Source: an uncultured Actinomycetota bacterium
GTDB taxonomy: Bacteria > Actinomycetota > Actinomycetes > CAVWCF01
Direction of reading: 5' to 3'
DNA: 64,000 nt
Assembly: GCA_963753435.1 (NCBI GenBank)
Contig: CAVWCF010000001.1
Coordinates: 1,152,001 to 1,216,000 of the forward strand
Part shown: one piece after another, positions 61,964-64,000 of the stretch
How the letters are laid out: each line of letters starts with the position of its first letter
Numbering within the stretch: position 1 is the stretch's first letter
Program-made: the position numbers and the translations under genes
Notes under the pieces: model-generated
The model's database searches: none
What the model was told of the DNA's origin: nothing
What the model saw: the letters and a program-made list of their open reading frames with translations, nothing else

Positions 61964-62764
61964 TCACCCGATGGGTGTGTGCAGGTGCAGTCGCGCGAAC
62001 GCCAGCGCCTCCGCCAAGTCGCCCTCCCGCTCGTGCCGGGATGCGGCCTTGCGGGTGGACACCTCCACCACCACGATCCCGTCGAAACCGCGGGCCGAAA
62101 GCGTGTCGAGCAACTCCCCGCACGGCTGCTGGCCACGCCCAGGAACCAGGTGCTCATCCCGGTTCAACCCGGTCCCGTCGGCCAGGTGCACGTGCGTGAG
62201 GCGGTCACCGAGTTCGTTGGCCATGTGCATGGCGTCCGAGCGCGACACCGACGTGTGCGACAGGTCCAACGTGACGTTCGGGAAGTCCTCCTCGAGCGGG
62301 TTCCAGACCGGCGCGTACGCCTGCATCTCCCGTTTGCCGGCTCGCCAGGGGTACATGTTCTCCACGGCGAACCGCACATCGGTCACGCCCTGCATCCGCT
62401 CCAAGCCGACCGTGAACGCGCGGGCGTACTCCCGCTGCCAGCGGAACGGTGGGTGCACCACGACGGTGCCGGCGCCGAACATCTCCGCCGCCTCCCGCGC
62501 GCGCACCAACTTCGCCCACGGGTCGGTGCCCCAGACCCGCTGGGTGATCAGCAGACACGGTGCGTGGATTGCCAGCACGGGCACCTCGTACTGCTCCGAC
62601 AACTGCCGAACGGCGTCGGGGTCCTGCGAGACATCGTCGGTGAAGACCATCAGTTCGACACCGTCGTAGCCGAGACGGGAAGCCATCTCGAACGCAACCG
62701 AAGTGGGTTCCGGGTACACCGACGCTGTTGACAGCGCCACGCGCGGCTCCACCGGCGACCTCAC
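61964..62764 (-). CDS. Sugar phosphate isomerase/epimerase (AP endonuclease 2 TIM barrel)
   Basis: STASVYP, GYDGVE, HAPCL, AVENM, TLDLSH, HVHLADG..DEHL.PGRG. Confidence 0.88.
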   Translation of the reverse strand: MRSPVEPRVALSTASVYPEPTSVAFEMASRLGYDGVELMVFTDDVSQDPDAVRQLSEQYEVPVLAIHAPCLLITQRVWGTDPWAKLVRAREAAEMFGAGTVVVHPPFRWQREYARAFTVGLERMQGVTDVRFAVENMYPWRAGKREMQAYAPVWNPLEEDFPNVTLDLSHTSVSRSDAMHMANELGDRLTHVHLADGTGLNRDEHLVPGRGQQPCGELLDTLSARGFDGIVVVEVSTRKAASRHEREGDLAEALAFARLHLHTPIG

Positions 62765-62773
62765 GCCACGAGA

Positions 62774-63727
62774 CTAGACGTGCCAACTGGCCGCTTCGGC
62801 GACCCCGAGTTGGTCGATACGCCGCAGGATGACGCCCTCACGCAGCGCCCACGGGCAGATCTGCAGTTCATCGAGCTCGAGCAAGTCCATCGTCGCCTCG
62901 GCGACCACGGCACCGGCGAACAACTGCACGGAGCGACCGGCCGATACCCCCGGCAGTCGGCACCGCTCGGCGTCGTCCATGGTCGCCAGTTTCGGCACCC
63001 ACTCAGCCAGCGTCTCGCGCTGCAGCACCCGCCGCACGTACGGGCCCTCACTGGACGGCGCCGCCCCACCCAGCCGCGCCAGGGACCGGAAGGTCTTGGA
63101 GGTCGCCACCGCCAGATCCGGCTGCCCGGCGCGGCGGACGCGACCCAGATCGCGGGCCACCTCCCGGCGCACATGGCTGCGCAACTCCGCGGCCTCCTCG
63201 GCCGTGGGTGGGTCGTTCGGCAGCAGCGCCGAGGTGAGACGGCCGGCACCGAGCGGCACGGAGAAGGCGGCGCTGGGTTCCTCGTCCTGGCCGACGGCCA
63301 CCTCCAGCGACCCGCCGCCGATGTCCAGGACCAGCAGTTGCCCCGACGACCAGCCGAACCAGCGTCGCGCCGCGAAGAAGGTCAGCCGGGCCTCATCACT
63401 GCCCGAAAGCGTGACCAGGTCCACCCCGGCCTCGGTCCGGACCCGGCTCAGCAGCGCCTCGGCGTTGCTGGCGTCACGGATCGCCGACGTCGCGAAGGCG
63501 ACTATGTCCTCGGCGCCCTTCTCCTCGGCCAGGGTCCGCGCCCGCGAGATCGTTTCGACGAGTCGGTCAGCGCCGTCCGCACCGATGGAGCCATCGGCGT
63601 CCAGCAACTGCGCCAGCCGCAGGTAGGTCTTGTCCTTGAAGGCCGGGGTGGGCGGGGCACCCGGGTGGCCGTCAACCACCAATAGATGCACGGTGTTCGA
63701 CCCGACGTCGAGAACCCCCAAGCGCAC
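62774..63727 (-). CDS. ppx: Ppx/GppA exopolyphosphatase
   Basis: [36 protein letters not shown]. Confidence 0.92.
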   Translation of the reverse strand: MRLGVLDVGSNTVHLLVVDGHPGAPPTPAFKDKTYLRLAQLLDADGSIGADGADRLVETISRARTLAEEKGAEDIVAFATSAIRDASNAEALLSRVRTEAGVDLVTLSGSDEARLTFFAARRWFGWSSGQLLVLDIGGGSLEVAVGQDEEPSAAFSVPLGAGRLTSALLPNDPPTAEEAAELRSHVRREVARDLGRVRRAGQPDLAVATSKTFRSLARLGGAAPSSEGPYVRRVLQRETLAEWVPKLATMDDAERCRLPGVSAGRSVQLFAGAVVAEATMDLLELDELQICPWALREGVILRRIDQLGVAEAASWHV

Positions 63728-63776
63728 GGACGGACGCTATCGCGGCACCAGGCGCGGTGGCGCATACGCTGACCCG

Positions 63777-64000
63777 GTGGCCGAGGTCTCCCTGGATTTT
63801 CCGCGTGCGTGGGTGGAGTTTCACGATCCCGACGACGTCAACGAGTGGTTCCGGTGCGATCTGACCTGGCTCACGTCCAGGTGGACCTGCATCTTCGGCA
63901 ACGGCTGCAAGGGCATCTACGCCAGCCGACCCGACGACGGCTGCTGCACGCTGGGGGCGCACTTCTCCGAGAAGGCCGACGAGAAGCGGGTCAAGCGCTG
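63777..64000 (+). CDS. Conserved Cys-rich actinobacterial protein (Rv0495c-like), partial
   Basis: Manual translation (M)[16 protein letters not shown]....[23 protein letters not shown]...[11 protein letters not shown]; divergent from ppx; runs off window. Confidence 0.75.
   Translation, partial: MAEVSLDFPRAWVEFHDPDDVNEWFRCDLTWLTSRWTCIFGNGCKGIYASRPDDGCCTLGAHFSEKADEKRVKR

Overview
High-GC actinobacterial chromosomal segment, mostly respiratory housekeeping genes. It carries nuoA-H with menJ and a Rex operator, a menaquinone cluster (menG/A/F/D/C/B/E), system II cytochrome c biogenesis, hemL/B/D/C/A-rex, and the conserved ppx-proC-HTH-bS22 block. Accessory material is interleaved. (i) A 1.35-kb cassette at the menD/DMT junction encodes an AbiEi-HTH/DUF559(VSR)-like nuclease. 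It is bounded by a diverged 58-bp direct repeat and 8-bp terminal inverted repeats. The gene is bracketed by two copies of a fixed-spacing 57-bp palindrome (YGCAAC-N14-GCATCC-N5-GGATGC-N14-GTTGCR), which also occurs as two solo copies (43.75 kb and 61.85 kb). This is a candidate REP/RAYT-like repeat-plus-nuclease system. (ii) Two convergent type II toxin-antitoxin pairs. (iii) A ~10-kb cell-surface locus with three WxL-like proteins, two sortase-anchored proteins (LPKTG, LAATG) and a lipoprotein, with a shared promoter motif. (iv) A reductive pyrimidine catabolism trio. Many apparent frameshifts, including in nuoE, menE and hemL, suggest an error-prone consensus, worst at 24.4-29.3 kb. All calls come from manual reading and motif recognition; no searches were run.
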